Shown piece after piece: positions 47,942 to 57,915 of a stretch of DNA of 64,000 nt. Where the stretch lies: contig CAYHUJ010000001.1 of NCBI GenBank assembly GCA_964360035.1, forward strand, positions 2,176 through 66,175, written 5' to 3'. The translations under genes and the position numbers were made by a program. The first letter of the stretch is position 1; each line of letters begins with the position of its first letter. This DNA comes from an uncultured Candidatus Saccharibacteria bacterium. Its GTDB lineage: Bacteria; Patescibacteriota; Minisyncoccia; UBA6257; JACRHY01. A model generated the notes under the pieces. The model was not told the DNA's origin. It saw only the letters and a list, made by a program, of their open reading frames with translations, and searched no databases.

Positions 47942-48330
47942 GCTGGCGAGACAAGTCGGCGAGCAATAAGCCGGATTCTGTTTCCCTTGATAAACTTGGG
48001 ACGACGATAATTTATCTTGATCGGGACGTTGCCGTCCGATTCTGTGCGGCATTCCCCCGCCTTGCGGCGGAAGCTCAGCCTTGCACCGGATAGGAGTTTT
48101 CCAGCCGCCGGTGTCGCCGCCGTCAGCCGTGAGCTCTTACCTCACGATTTCACCCTTACCCCTTGCCGAAGCTCGGGGCGGTATATTTTCTGTTGCACTT
48201 TCCGTGGGATTGCTCCCCGTCGCCGTTAGCGACTATCGCTATCCGAATTTTTAACGATTCGGATGGTGTCCGGACTTTCCTCTCCGCCAAAAGACGGAGC
48301 TATCGCCTAGCTTGCCGGCTTGTCTCGTCA
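47942..48330 (-). ncRNA. rnpB: RNase P RNA, bacterial type A
   Basis: The reverse complement contains GGAAAGTCCGGAC (P4 5-prime strand), GTGCAACAGAAA, AGGGTGAAATCGTGAGGTAAGAGCTCAC and ACAGAATCCGGCTTA (P4 3-prime strand). The P1 pairing is CGAGACAAGCCGGC / GCCGACTTGTCTCG. There is a roughly 440-nt gap with no ORFs on the correct strand. Confidence 0.85.
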
Positions 48331-48347
48331 ATAACGCTTTTGTAAAA

Positions 48348-48788
48348 TTACAATAAACTTTGGCGCTTGTCAACTTCGTCCAGCGTTTCGTTTACCAGGC
48401 GGTCGGCTTCCCTGTTTTTTTCCCGCGGGATATGGAGAAAGGAGACCTTTCCGAACTCAACTTTTAAATTCCAAATTTCCATAAACAGCGGCTGAAGGCC
48501 CTCGTTTAAAATCTTGTACTCTCCGTTAAGCTGTTTCACTAAAAGCTCGCTGTCGGAACGGATTTCCGTTTCCGTTCCCCGGATTTTTCCCTTGCCTAAA
48601 ATCTGTTTTATTTTTTTAAGAGCGAAAATGACGGCCTTGTACTCGGCTTCGTTGTTGGTCGCTTGGCCGAGAAATTCGCCGTATTCCCGCCCGCCGATTA
48701 CCGCTCCCAGCGCCGCCGGACCGGGATTGCCCCTTGAGCCGCCGTCGCAATAAGCGATGATTTTTTCTTTTGCCGCTTTGCCCGTCAT
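48348..48788 (-). CDS. rnhA: Ribonuclease HI
   Basis: CDGGSRGNPGPA, TNNEAEY, SDSELL and HIPREKNREAD motifs. Confidence 0.85.
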   Translation of the reverse strand: MTGKAAKEKIIAYCDGGSRGNPGPAALGAVIGGREYGEFLGQATNNEAEYKAVIFALKKIKQILGKGKIRGTETEIRSDSELLVKQLNGEYKILNEGLQPLFMEIWNLKVEFGKVSFLHIPREKNREADRLVNETLDEVDKRQSLL

Positions 48789-49627
48789 TTTTTCCGTTTT
48801 TTTAATGCCCGCCAGGGAAACGGACCGGGAGCCGGGAAAGAAAAACCCGAAGCGGCTTTATGTCCTCCCCCGCCGTGCTTGACGGCAATTTTGGAAACGT
48901 CGGTTTTGCCGTCCGAACGCAGGGAAACCAGAATTTTCCCGTTCTTTTCCGACCAGACGATGCCGATCGGCGGGTATTTCAGCACCAGCGCGTTGCCGAG
49001 TTCCGATTGAAAAAACGGGGAATTGACCGCCAGCGTTTCGTAACCCCCGAATTTGACCGGCGCCGCGCGTTCCACGGCTTTTTTTACGAGTTTTCGCTGA
49101 TAATCCAGAATCGCTTTTCCCTGCCGGAAATATTCTTTACCGCCGTCGGATTTTTCCAGCGCGGCCGCGACTTTGTCCCATAAACGAAAATCAAAATCCC
49201 GCGCGTCAAGATAGCCCTGCAGCTCCCTCGTCCCTTTCAGCCGAAACCGCCACAAATCCCCGTCTTCAATATGAAGCAGGAGACGCGGCGTCCGTTTTCG
49301 GGGATGAAAAAACTTCCATGCCAGCACGGCGCCGGAGTGATTGATGTCGTAAAGCGATTCGTGGGCGAGTTTAACCGACTCTTTACCGGTAATGTGATGG
49401 TCCATGATCGCCAGCTTGCGCGCTTCCTTTAGGATTTTTCCGGTTATTTCCGGCGAATAATTAAAATCAACCAGATATACGTCTTTTCCTTTCAGGCCGG
49501 TCGGCGGCGGATTTTGATGTTCAACGGCGATGTACTCCGCTTTGTCGCCGAATTTTTTCCGCGCCGCCCAAGCCGCGCCAAAGCCGTCAAAACAGTTTTT
49601 ATGATATAAAACGGCGATTTTTTTCAT
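48785..49627 (-). CDS. DHH-family phosphoesterase (NrnA-like, DHH + DHHA1)
   Basis: DGFGAAW, MDHH and GGGH..AASG motifs. Confidence 0.75.
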   Translation of the reverse strand: MKKIAVLYHKNCFDGFGAAWAARKKFGDKAEYIAVEHQNPPPTGLKGKDVYLVDFNYSPEITGKILKEARKLAIMDHHITGKESVKLAHESLYDINHSGAVLAWKFFHPRKRTPRLLLHIEDGDLWRFRLKGTRELQGYLDARDFDFRLWDKVAAALEKSDGGKEYFRQGKAILDYQRKLVKKAVERAAPVKFGGYETLAVNSPFFQSELGNALVLKYPPIGIVWSEKNGKILVSLRSDGKTDVSKIAVKHGGGGHKAASGFSFPAPGPFPWRALKKRKK

Positions 49628-50811
49628 TTTTCAAACGTTAATTTTATCCGGCTTTTTTCAAGCGCCGCCAGTCCCGGAAGTTTCTTTCCGGACAAAAACT
49701 CCAGCATCGCTCCGCCGCCGGTTGAAACGAAGCCGAATTTTTTCCCGATTTTCATTTTCTCCACCAAGGCGGTCGTTTCCCCTCCTCCGATCACCGAAAA
49801 GGCCTTTGTTCCGGCAATGATTTTTAGCACGTTTCGCGAACCGCGGGCGAATCTTTCGTCTTCGCAGAAACCGAGCGGGCCGTTCCAAACGACGGTTTTC
49901 GCTTCCCGTAAAATTTCACCGAACTTTCTGACCGTTCTCGGTCCGATGTCCAAAACGGTTTCGGCGTCGCCGATGTCCTCCGGCATCCGGACGAAAGCGC
50001 CGATATTCCGGGAGTCAACTTTTTTGGCGACGACGACGTCGGCCGGCGCGATGATTTTTTCGTTTTGGGCGAGTTTCACGGCGAAATCCAGAACATTCTT
50101 TTCGTAAAGCGAAACGCCGACGCCAGTCCCTTTGGCGGCTAAAATCGTGTTAGCTATTCCTCCGCCGACCAAAAAATAATCCGCCTTTTTGAAAAATTTA
50201 TTTATGAGGCCGATTTTATCGGATATTTTCGCGCCGCCCAGAATCATCACGAACGGCTTTTGCGGCGCCGTAATGGCTTTCCGCAGATTTTTTATTTCCG
50301 CTTCCAGAAGAAGTCCAACGAAAGACGGAAGAAAACCGGCAATGGCGTCTACGGAAGCATTGGCGCGGTGGCAGACGGCAAAGGCGTCATTGACGTAAAA
50401 ATCGCCGAGAGAAGCCAGCGATTCGGCCAGCTTGGGGTCGTTTTCCTCTTCGCCTTTAAGGAAGCGCAGATTTTCCAGGAAAAAGACGCTGCCGGCCGGC
50501 GCCGCTTCCAGAAGACGCCTGATTTCGGCGAAATCAAAACGCTCAAAAAACGGGATGTTCTTCTTAAACAAACGGCCGAAAATCAAAGTGAAATTTTTCA
50601 AGCTTAAAGACGGCGCGAATCCGTCCGGCCGGCCCCGATGGCTCAAAATCAAGACCTTAACGCCTCTTTTTATTAAAAACTCAAGCGTCGGCAGAATCGC
50701 TTTTATCCTGAGCGAAGTTTTCTCATCCGCTTTTTCTATATTCAAATCCACGCGCAAAAGGCAGATTTTTCCTTTCAGCCGTTTTTTGGCGAGATCGCGC
50801 AAAAATTTCAT
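49624..50811 (-). CDS. pgk: Phosphoglycerate kinase
   Basis: RVDLN, LSHRGRP, LENLRF and GGGETT motifs. Confidence 0.9.
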   Translation of the reverse strand: MKFLRDLAKKRLKGKICLLRVDLNIEKADEKTSLRIKAILPTLEFLIKRGVKVLILSHRGRPDGFAPSLSLKNFTLIFGRLFKKNIPFFERFDFAEIRRLLEAAPAGSVFFLENLRFLKGEEENDPKLAESLASLGDFYVNDAFAVCHRANASVDAIAGFLPSFVGLLLEAEIKNLRKAITAPQKPFVMILGGAKISDKIGLINKFFKKADYFLVGGGIANTILAAKGTGVGVSLYEKNVLDFAVKLAQNEKIIAPADVVVAKKVDSRNIGAFVRMPEDIGDAETVLDIGPRTVRKFGEILREAKTVVWNGPLGFCEDERFARGSRNVLKIIAGTKAFSVIGGGETTALVEKMKIGKKFGFVSTGGGAMLEFLSGKKLPGLAALEKSRIKLTFEK

Positions 50812-50883
50812 TTATTGGCATTATAACCGAAAATCGTGTTAAAATGAACATCACGCTTTTTCCGCGCGAAATCGGCGTTAAAA

Positions 50884-52188
50884 ATGGAAACGAACGGGAA
50901 TCAAAAGAAAATCGTCATTTTGGGGGCCGGCTTCGGCGGTTTGAGAACGGCCCTTATTCTGGCAAAATACCTCAAAAGCGCCAATTTGGAAAAAAAGTTC
51001 CGGCTTATTCTCGTTGACCGCAACGATTATCACACTTATACGCCGATGCTCTATGAGATCGCCACGACCGACAAGGCGACTGCCGATTACGCCGGCTTGA
51101 AAAGCGTCGCCGTTTTTCCGATAGAGGACGCCCTGCGCGATCTTCCCGTCGTTTTTCTGAAAGACGAGGTTGAGGCGCTGGACATCGCAGAAAAGCGGTG
51201 CGTTTTTCTGCGCTTGAACGGCCGGCTGGATTTTGACTATTTAGTGCTGGCGCTCGGATCGGAAACCAATTATTTCAATATTCCCGGCCTTAAAGAAAAA
51301 TCCTTGAGCTTCAAATCACTGATTGACGCCTTGAGAATAAGGGATCATATCTGGAACGCCGCCAGCGTCAGGGAACGGAAAGAGCTGCGGGTGGTTGTCG
51401 GCGGCGCGGGACCGGCCGGCGTGGAGCTTGCCGCCGAAATAATGTGCCTCGCCTGCCAGATGGAGAAGACCGGCGCCCTCTGCAACATAAAATCCTCCGT
51501 TATTGAAGGAGGGCAAAGCATCTTGCCGGGTTTTCCGCCGAAAATCGTTGAAGCCGCGGCCAAACGGTTGAAAAATCTGAACATTGAGCTGATAACCGGA
51601 AACGTCATTGAAAGCGTGGAAGACGGCGCGGTTATCTTGAAAAACAAACGAGCCGTTCCTTTTGACGTTTTGATTTGGACCGGCGGAACCAAAGCGCCGG
51701 CGATCACGACCGCTTCCCGGGATTCGCTGAAAATTGATCCCCGCGGCCGCATTGAGGTGATGAAGGAACTTGCCTGCCTTCCGACCAATCCGAGTTTAAA
51801 CGTCCTGAAAAACGTCTACGCTATCGGCGACATCATCTGTTTTTATGACGAAAACAACCGTCCGATTCCGGCCGTCGCCAAAGCGGCGATCAAGCAAGCG
51901 GATATCGTCGCCGCGAATATAATCGCAAGCGTTGGAGCGGAAGCTTTCGGCCGGACGGAAGTCAAGCCGGGCGTTTATCGCCCCAAGGCCCATTCTTATA
52001 TCATCCCGCTCGGCGGAAAATACGCCATCGCCAAAGCCGGGCCTTTCGTCGTCAAGGGAATTCCGGCCTGGGTCGCGAAAGGATTGGTGGAGCTCGGCTA
52101 TCTGTGCGCCGTTTTACCGAAGTCGCAAGCGTTGAAAATCTGGCTGAAAGGAATAAAGATATTCGCGCAAAATGACCGGCTCGGATAG
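50884..52188 (+). CDS. ndh: Type II NADH dehydrogenase / FAD-dependent pyridine nucleotide-disulfide oxidoreductase
   Basis: KIVILGAGFGG and VVGGGPAGVE Rossmann motifs. Confidence 0.8.
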   Translation: METNGNQKKIVILGAGFGGLRTALILAKYLKSANLEKKFRLILVDRNDYHTYTPMLYEIATTDKATADYAGLKSVAVFPIEDALRDLPVVFLKDEVEALDIAEKRCVFLRLNGRLDFDYLVLALGSETNYFNIPGLKEKSLSFKSLIDALRIRDHIWNAASVRERKELRVVVGGAGPAGVELAAEIMCLACQMEKTGALCNIKSSVIEGGQSILPGFPPKIVEAAAKRLKNLNIELITGNVIESVEDGAVILKNKRAVPFDVLIWTGGTKAPAITTASRDSLKIDPRGRIEVMKELACLPTNPSLNVLKNVYAIGDIICFYDENNRPIPAVAKAAIKQADIVAANIIASVGAEAFGRTEVKPGVYRPKAHSYIIPLGGKYAIAKAGPFVVKGIPAWVAKGLVELGYLCAVLPKSQALKIWLKGIKIFAQNDRLG

Positions 52189-52199
52189 GAGCGTAGAAT

Positions 52200-53852
52200 T
52201 TATTTTTTCTTGCCGATTTCTATCTCGTATTCGTTTCGGGCGTGTTTTTTAACCCAATCCAGCTCAACGCCGATTTTTTTATGGGGATTAAAAATGCCGA
52301 GCGGGTCAAAAATTGATTTCATTTTCGCGAAAACGCCGTAAAGCGGCTCGCCGAAAGAATCCTTGAGATAAGGACTGCGCATCAGTCCGTCGTTATGCTC
52401 TCCGGAAAGCGCGCCGCGCAATCGGATGACTTCGCGATAAACCTCGTCGGCGATAGCGAACATTTTTTCTTTATCCCCGTCCTTTTTGAGGTCTAAAAAC
52501 GGCTGAAGATGAAGATTGGCGTTGCCGGCGTGTCCCCAGACGGAGAATCCGACGCCGTATTTTCCGACGATTTCGTAAAGTTTGCGCAAATAATCGGCGA
52601 GATGGCGGGGATGAACGGCCGAGTCCTCAATGAACGGCAGAGCTTTTTCCGCTCCCTTGGCGCTTTCGGCGACTATCGCGGCCGAGCGGCGGACTTCCCA
52701 AAGTTTATTCTGCTCGTCCTTGTCGTACGCCTCTTTAAGGTCAACGGCCGCTTCTTTCAGGATAGTTTTCGCCGCTTCCGCCAAGCGTTTAATTTCCTCT
52801 TCTTTTTCGCCGTCAAATTCTATAAGCAAAATGATTTCCGGCGCCGCTCCGTCTTTCAAAAAAGCGGCGACGGCTTCCGGTTTTTCTTCCTTGACCATTT
52901 CCAGCAAAAATTTATCCACCAGCTCAAAGGCGCTTGGCTTAAGTTCCAGAATTTTCGGAACGGCTTCCCCCGCTTTCCGCAAATCGTCAAAAGAAGCCAG
53001 AAGCAGACCGGCAAGCGGCGGTTTTTTCACGGTTTTCAGGGTAATTTCGGTCAGAATTCCCAGCGTTCCCTGATCGCCGCAGATCATTTTGGAAAAATCA
53101 ACTCCCTCCTCGCTTAAGACGTCAAAAACCCAGTAACCGGAAGAGCTTTTATTGACGTCAAGGCGGGAATTTTGAATGAGATTGTGATTGGAAACCAAAA
53201 GATCGTGCGCGGAGCGGTAAATTTCCCCTTCCAGATCGCTTTGCGCCTGCTTTTTTTCAATTTCGGCGGCGTCGGAAAACTTAAACTCCCGTTCGCCGCC
53301 GTCGGACAAAACGACTTTCAGCGCCAGGACGTAATCGCGGGTTGATCCGTATTTGACCGTTTTTTCGCCGGCGCAATTATTAGCCACTCCGCCGCCGATG
53401 GAAGCGAAATTTTTGGAAGCCGGATAAGAAGGGACGAACTCGCCTTTTTTTTCCAGCTCGTCAAGAACGGTTTTCCAAATGACGCCCGGCTCAACGCGGA
53501 CGAATCCGTCGCCGATTTCCAGAATTTTGTCCAAAAAACCCGGAAACCGCACGATAATTCCCTCGTTAATCGGCCCGCCGGCCTGGTCCGTTCCCCTGCC
53601 GCGGCAGGTGACGGACAGCTTCGCGTCCGTCGCTTTAAATTCCTCGGGAGAGAGTTCCTTTTTCAGCTTTTTCTTCGTTTCCGCCAGCCACTTTACGAGC
53701 GCGAAAATATCGTCTTTGGAAGACGGTAACACAACCGCCCACGGCTTTATTTCAAAAACGCTGCCGTCTTTGGAGTAATGCTCAAGCGACTCCTCGTCGC
53801 TCAAGACCTGTCCTTTGATGACCGATTTTAATTCGCCGATGAATTGTTCCAT
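52200..53852 (-). CDS. FAD-linked oxidase (GlcD/D-lactate dehydrogenase family)
   Basis: PCMH-type FAD-binding pattern RGRGTDQAGG. Confidence 0.75.
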   Translation of the reverse strand: MEQFIGELKSVIKGQVLSDEESLEHYSKDGSVFEIKPWAVVLPSSKDDIFALVKWLAETKKKLKKELSPEEFKATDAKLSVTCRGRGTDQAGGPINEGIIVRFPGFLDKILEIGDGFVRVEPGVIWKTVLDELEKKGEFVPSYPASKNFASIGGGVANNCAGEKTVKYGSTRDYVLALKVVLSDGGEREFKFSDAAEIEKKQAQSDLEGEIYRSAHDLLVSNHNLIQNSRLDVNKSSSGYWVFDVLSEEGVDFSKMICGDQGTLGILTEITLKTVKKPPLAGLLLASFDDLRKAGEAVPKILELKPSAFELVDKFLLEMVKEEKPEAVAAFLKDGAAPEIILLIEFDGEKEEEIKRLAEAAKTILKEAAVDLKEAYDKDEQNKLWEVRRSAAIVAESAKGAEKALPFIEDSAVHPRHLADYLRKLYEIVGKYGVGFSVWGHAGNANLHLQPFLDLKKDGDKEKMFAIADEVYREVIRLRGALSGEHNDGLMRSPYLKDSFGEPLYGVFAKMKSIFDPLGIFNPHKKIGVELDWVKKHARNEYEIEIGKKK

Positions 53853-53875
53853 GATTTTTGATTTTTAACCTGATT

Positions 53876-54631
53876 TTAACGCACTTCATACTGGATGCTG
53901 ACCTGCGCCGTCAGTTCTTCGGTGCCCGGCTGAATAGGCGGAGCCGTCCGCATAAAATCCGCTTCGCCGCCTCCCATCGCTCCTTCGTAATATTTCGGAC
54001 CCGGCGCGGCGGCGTATTCGGAAAAAGTAATAATCCTGCCCAGACGGACGCCGTTTTGCGCGGCCATTTCCCCGGCCTTTTCGCCGGCTTTAGCGAATGC
54101 TTTTTGGCGCGCTTCGCGGAGAAATTTTTCCGGGTCGTCAATCTCAAACGATACCTGGCCGATCTGGTTTATTCCGGTTTCCGGCAGGCCGCTCAAAATT
54201 TCCGCGACTTTATCCAAATCTCGGATTTTCACCAGGACCGTCTGCGTCAGAACATAGCCGCTGATGAAGGTTTTTCTGCTTTTTTCGTCGTATTCGTAGC
54301 GGGGATAAAGATTATACTGCGTCGTTTTCACGTCGTCGTCTTTGACGCCGTTGCCCTCGGCGACTTTAATCGCCGCTTCCATTTTCCGGTTATTGTCGTC
54401 GGCAAGCTGTCTGGGATCGGCGCCCTCGGAAACGACCGAAAAAGAAACTTTGGCGATATCCGGCGAAACCGTCACTTTGCCCTCGGCGCTCACCCATACC
54501 GTCCGCGCCGGATACAGCGAATCGCCGTATTTTTTCGCCGGTCCCCAAAAAATAGAATAAACGACGGCGGCCGACAGCACGACGAAAAAAACCGCCAATA
54601 TCTTGAATAATCTTATTTTCTGTTCCTCCAT
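53876..54631 (-). CDS. SIMPL/DUF541-domain periplasmic protein
   Basis: TM anchor and the characteristic V.V.G.G.V...PD.A.VSFSV pattern. Confidence 0.7.
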   Translation of the reverse strand: MEEQKIRLFKILAVFFVVLSAAVVYSIFWGPAKKYGDSLYPARTVWVSAEGKVTVSPDIAKVSFSVVSEGADPRQLADDNNRKMEAAIKVAEGNGVKDDDVKTTQYNLYPRYEYDEKSRKTFISGYVLTQTVLVKIRDLDKVAEILSGLPETGINQIGQVSFEIDDPEKFLREARQKAFAKAGEKAGEMAAQNGVRLGRIITFSEYAAAPGPKYYEGAMGGGEADFMRTAPPIQPGTEELTAQVSIQYEVR

Positions 54632-54653
54632 GTTTTTATTTTTTTAATGTTTT

Positions 54654-55439
54654 TTATATTTTCTTTTTAAACGGCTTCGTGCCCGCCGCCGCGGCGATTT
54701 TCATGAACTCCGGCGGTTTCAAGCTGGCGCCGCCGACCAGCGCGCCGTCAATTTCCGGACGGTTGATAAAATCGCCGGCGTTTTTCCCGTTGACGGAGCC
54801 GCCGTACAGCACTTTGACGTCCGACATCCGACATTCAACCATTAGCCATTTTTTTATAAATTTCGCCATTTCCACGGCGTCGGCGGGGGTATCCGGCGTT
54901 CCCGTTCCGATAGCCCAAACCGGTTCGTAAGCAATAATAATATCCGACGTCCGACATCCAACATTTGACATTTGACGCTTGACATCCGATAGATTTTTTT
55001 CCAGCTGACTTTTTACAAACTTCTCCACTGCTTTTTTGCCGCGGCGGCGGATCGGCAAACCCTCGCCGACGCATAAAATCACTTTCAATCCCGCTTTCAG
55101 CGCCGCCAAAACTTTTTTGTTTATCATTTCGTCCGTTTCTCCCAAAAAACGGCGGCGTTCCGAGTGGCCGATGATGGCGTACTCGGCTCCTGAACTCCGC
55201 AGCATCTCCGCGGAAATTTCTCCGGTATAAGCCCCGTTGTTTTCCCAAAAAACGTCTTGAGCGCCGAGTTTAACGCCCGTTTTTTTCAGCAGGACGGCAA
55301 TTTTTTCCAAACAAACGAAAGGCGGGCAAATGACGATTTCAGCTCCGCGCGGCTTCGCCGCCGCGAGCTTTTTCACCGCCGCTTTCCAATCCGCCGCCGG
55401 ACAATTCATTTTCCAGTTGGCAACAAGCAATTTCCCCAT
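54654..55439 (-). CDS. tpiA: Triosephosphate isomerase, with REP-derived in-frame segments
   Basis: ANWKMN, IGHSERR, AYEPVWAIGTG and YGGSV motifs. It contains SDVKRQMSNVGCRTSD and ECRMSDV, both encoded by REP-like DNA. Confidence 0.85.
   Translation of the reverse strand: MGKLLVANWKMNCPAADWKAAVKKLAAAKPRGAEIVICPPFVCLEKIAVLLKKTGVKLGAQDVFWENNGAYTGEISAEMLRSSGAEYAIIGHSERRRFLGETDEMINKKVLAALKAGLKVILCVGEGLPIRRRGKKAVEKFVKSQLEKNLSDVKRQMSNVGCRTSDIIIAYEPVWAIGTGTPDTPADAVEMAKFIKKWLMVECRMSDVKVLYGGSVNGKNAGDFINRPEIDGALVGGASLKPPEFMKIAAAAGTKPFKKKI
54816..54836. repeat. Degenerate REP-like sequence GACGTCCGACATCCGACATTC inside tpiA (encodes ECRMSDV)
   Basis: Shares GACGTCCGACATCC with the copy at 54941 and the CGGACGTCCG core with REP-A/B/C. 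Confidence 0.6.
54941..54990. repeat. Composite degenerate REP-like insertion inside tpiA (ATCCGACGTCCGACATCC...GACATTTGACATTTGACGCTTGACATCCGAT)
   Basis: It encodes SDVKRQMSNVGCRTSD. That is about 6 residues longer than the corresponding loop in canonical TPIs (recalled E. coli and B. subtilis sequences). Confidence 0.6.
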
Positions 55440-55442
55440 TGA

Positions 55443-56480
55443 TTATTTTGATTTTAAAATTTTCACGGCGATATCCGGGTCAACGACGTTTATTTCCATT
55501 CCCGTTCCCAGCTCAAAGCCGGCGGGAGTGGCTATCTTCGGCCGTATCTCAATGTGCCAGTGATAATGGCCGCTTTGTTCTTTCTCTCTCATCGGCGCCG
55601 TGTGAATAAAAAAATTATAATCGGGATCGTTGAGATTTTTTTCCACTTTTTTCAGAACATTCTGGAGGACGCCGACAACGTCGGCGATATCCTCGTCGCG
55701 CGTGTTTTCAAAATAAGGGAGATGCTTTTTCGGGAAAACGCGGATTTCAAACGGCTCGCGGGAAACAAAAGGAGTAAAGGCAATCGCGCCCTTGTTTTCA
55801 AAAATCACCCGCTTTTTCTGATTTTTTTCCCAGTCAATAATGACGCAATGAACGCATTTTTTATGCTCGTCAAAATATCTCTTTGATCCGTTCAGCGAAT
55901 GCCGGATGTCCGGAGGCACGACGGGAACGGCTATTGACTGGAAGTGGGGATGAAAAATGGAGGCCCCCGCCGTCGGTCCCCAGTTGTGGAAAATGGAAAC
56001 GTAAGCGAGGCAGGGATCGTTGAAAAGCATCAGGTACCGGTCCCGCAGCGCCTGAAAAACCAGCTCGGCGATTCGCGGTTTGAGGGCCGAAAAATTTTTT
56101 CCGTGGTCGCGGGTAATCAAAATATCGTGATGGCCGACGCCGTCCAGCACGGAAAAGGGGCCACGGCTAAGAGGCAGCGGACAAACGTCGCGGTGCGTGA
56201 GAGCCGGATATTTATTGGGAATAATCTGAATCTCCCAGTCCTTGTGGTTTTTATAAACCAGAAACGGCTGGCCGTGGCCGGTTGCTTGAGGATTTTCAAA
56301 GGGACAGCCGGCTACCGGGGCTTTTTGGCGCTTCCCGATTCTTTTTTTGACGAAATCCTCCGGACGCCTTGCTCTTCCCGTTGCCAGAACAATCCAATCT
56401 CCGGAAACGATGTCCTGGCGCAGTTCCGAGGGGTGGATTTTTTTTGAGGGAGGTTGATTATTTTTCGCTTTCTTCCGCAT
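55443..56480 (-). CDS. galT: Galactose-1-phosphate uridylyltransferase-like HIT-superfamily nucleotidyltransferase
   Basis: HPHFQ active-site motif and two half-barrel halves. Confidence 0.65.
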   Translation of the reverse strand: MRKKAKNNQPPSKKIHPSELRQDIVSGDWIVLATGRARRPEDFVKKRIGKRQKAPVAGCPFENPQATGHGQPFLVYKNHKDWEIQIIPNKYPALTHRDVCPLPLSRGPFSVLDGVGHHDILITRDHGKNFSALKPRIAELVFQALRDRYLMLFNDPCLAYVSIFHNWGPTAGASIFHPHFQSIAVPVVPPDIRHSLNGSKRYFDEHKKCVHCVIIDWEKNQKKRVIFENKGAIAFTPFVSREPFEIRVFPKKHLPYFENTRDEDIADVVGVLQNVLKKVEKNLNDPDYNFFIHTAPMREKEQSGHYHWHIEIRPKIATPAGFELGTGMEINVVDPDIAVKILKSK

Positions 56481-57234
56481 GTTTTTGATGTTCTTGCGTT
56501 ATTTCATTCAGACCGTATTTATTAAACCAAAGCCACCAGCGCACCTTGAAGGCCTCCCATAAAACCTGAAAATAAGCCAGCGGCTTCACGTGCGAATGGG
56601 GATCGTTTATCCAAATGACGGGCATCTCTTTCATTTTATATCCGAGTTCTTTGGCTATAGCCAGCGCTTCTATGTCAAATCCCCACCGCCGTATTTTCGC
56701 CAGAGAAAAAATTTTTTCCGCCGCTTCCTCGGAAAAGCACTTAAATCCGCACTGGGTGTCCCAAATGCCCGGCAAAAGAAGAATCTGGACGATAAGATTT
56801 CCGATATTCCCCAAAAAACGGCGATGAAAGGGCTGGGGCGGCGACAATCGCGCGCCCTCAACGTCGCGCGAACCGAAAACGACGTCGTATCCCTCTTTGA
56901 AATAAGGAATCATTTTATTGAACTGATCCACCGAGGTTGAGTTATCCGCATCCATGAAAAGCCGCCAGTTGCCCTTGGAGGCCAGCATCCCCTGCGCCAC
57001 CACCGCGCCTTTCCCCCTGTTTTTATCGTTATCTATCAGCGACAGATTCGGCATCAGTTCGGAAAAACGCCTGACGACGTCGGCGGTATTGTCTTTTGAG
57101 CCGTCATTAATGACGAGGATTTCGTAAGAATACTCTTGCCGCGAAAGATGCTTATCAACGTCAATAAGCGTCAGCGGAATCCTCTTCGCTTCGTTGTAGG
57201 CGGGAATGACGACGGATAAAAACGGTTTAGGCAT
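56458..57234 (-). CDS. Family 2 glycosyltransferase (polyprenyl-phosphate sugar synthase-like)
   Basis: VVIPAYNE, NDGSKD and DADNS motifs. Confidence 0.8.
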   Translation of the reverse strand: MPKPFLSVVIPAYNEAKRIPLTLIDVDKHLSRQEYSYEILVINDGSKDNTADVVRRFSELMPNLSLIDNDKNRGKGAVVAQGMLASKGNWRLFMDADNSTSVDQFNKMIPYFKEGYDVVFGSRDVEGARLSPPQPFHRRFLGNIGNLIVQILLLPGIWDTQCGFKCFSEEAAEKIFSLAKIRRWGFDIEALAIAKELGYKMKEMPVIWINDPHSHVKPLAYFQVLWEAFKVRWWLWFNKYGLNEITQEHQKHAEESEK

Positions 57235-57248
57235 AATTGATTAATCGC

Positions 57249-57647
57249 TTATTCGGTCGTTGCGCCGTCAAACTCCGCTTCATTATCCTCGGCTTCTTCT
57301 TTAGTTTGACGCACGATGCCGTCTTTGTGATGAGCCGGCGAATAAATGGTATAGAGCTTGAGTTCTTCCGAATCGGAAACGTTTATTATGTTATGTTTGG
57401 CTCCGGCCGGCACGATCACGGCCGCGCCGTCGGCGACGTCGTATTCATTGCCGTCAATGACGCACCTCCCCGTTCCTTGTTCAAAGCGGAAAAACTGGTC
57501 ATTATCCGGATGAATCTCCATTCCGATTTCTTCTCGGGGTTTTAAGCTCATTAAGACCAGCTGGCTGTGCTTTGAAGTGTAAAGAACTTTGCGGTAGTTC
57601 CCGTTTTCCAGAGTATCTTTTTCAATATTAACGACAAATCCTTTCAT
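57249..57647 (-). CDS. Cupin-domain protein
   Basis: Conserved beta-barrel His/Glu pattern (HPDNDQFFRFEQGTG...). Confidence 0.65.
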   Translation of the reverse strand: MKGFVVNIEKDTLENGNYRKVLYTSKHSQLVLMSLKPREEIGMEIHPDNDQFFRFEQGTGRCVIDGNEYDVADGAAVIVPAGAKHNIINVSDSEELKLYTIYSPAHHKDGIVRQTKEEAEDNEAEFDGATTE

Positions 57648-57915
57648 AAATTTAAATTTTGATTAATTTCAGACGCGCAACGGCAGGATGGAGCCGCCGG
57701 TTTCAAAATAAACAAAAGACGGGCCTTTTACGATTATTATAGCAAAACCCGTTTTAACTTCAAATCCACATCCCGGTCCAAACGCATAGGCGTAAAACCT
57801 TATGTGTCTGGATTAGGGATGCTCCGCCGACGCCGTTCCCCCGCTGATATCATACGATTGCTTAATTTTTGAGCGGGCCGCCAGGCGAAGTTGAAACAGG
57901 CCCGGTTTGAATTTG

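Noticed and set aside
47801-48345. Four ORFs of 60-70 aa (47801..48010, 47864..48052, 48017..48229, 48163..48345)
   Set aside because: All lie on the RNase P RNA gene. The region is explained by rnpB.
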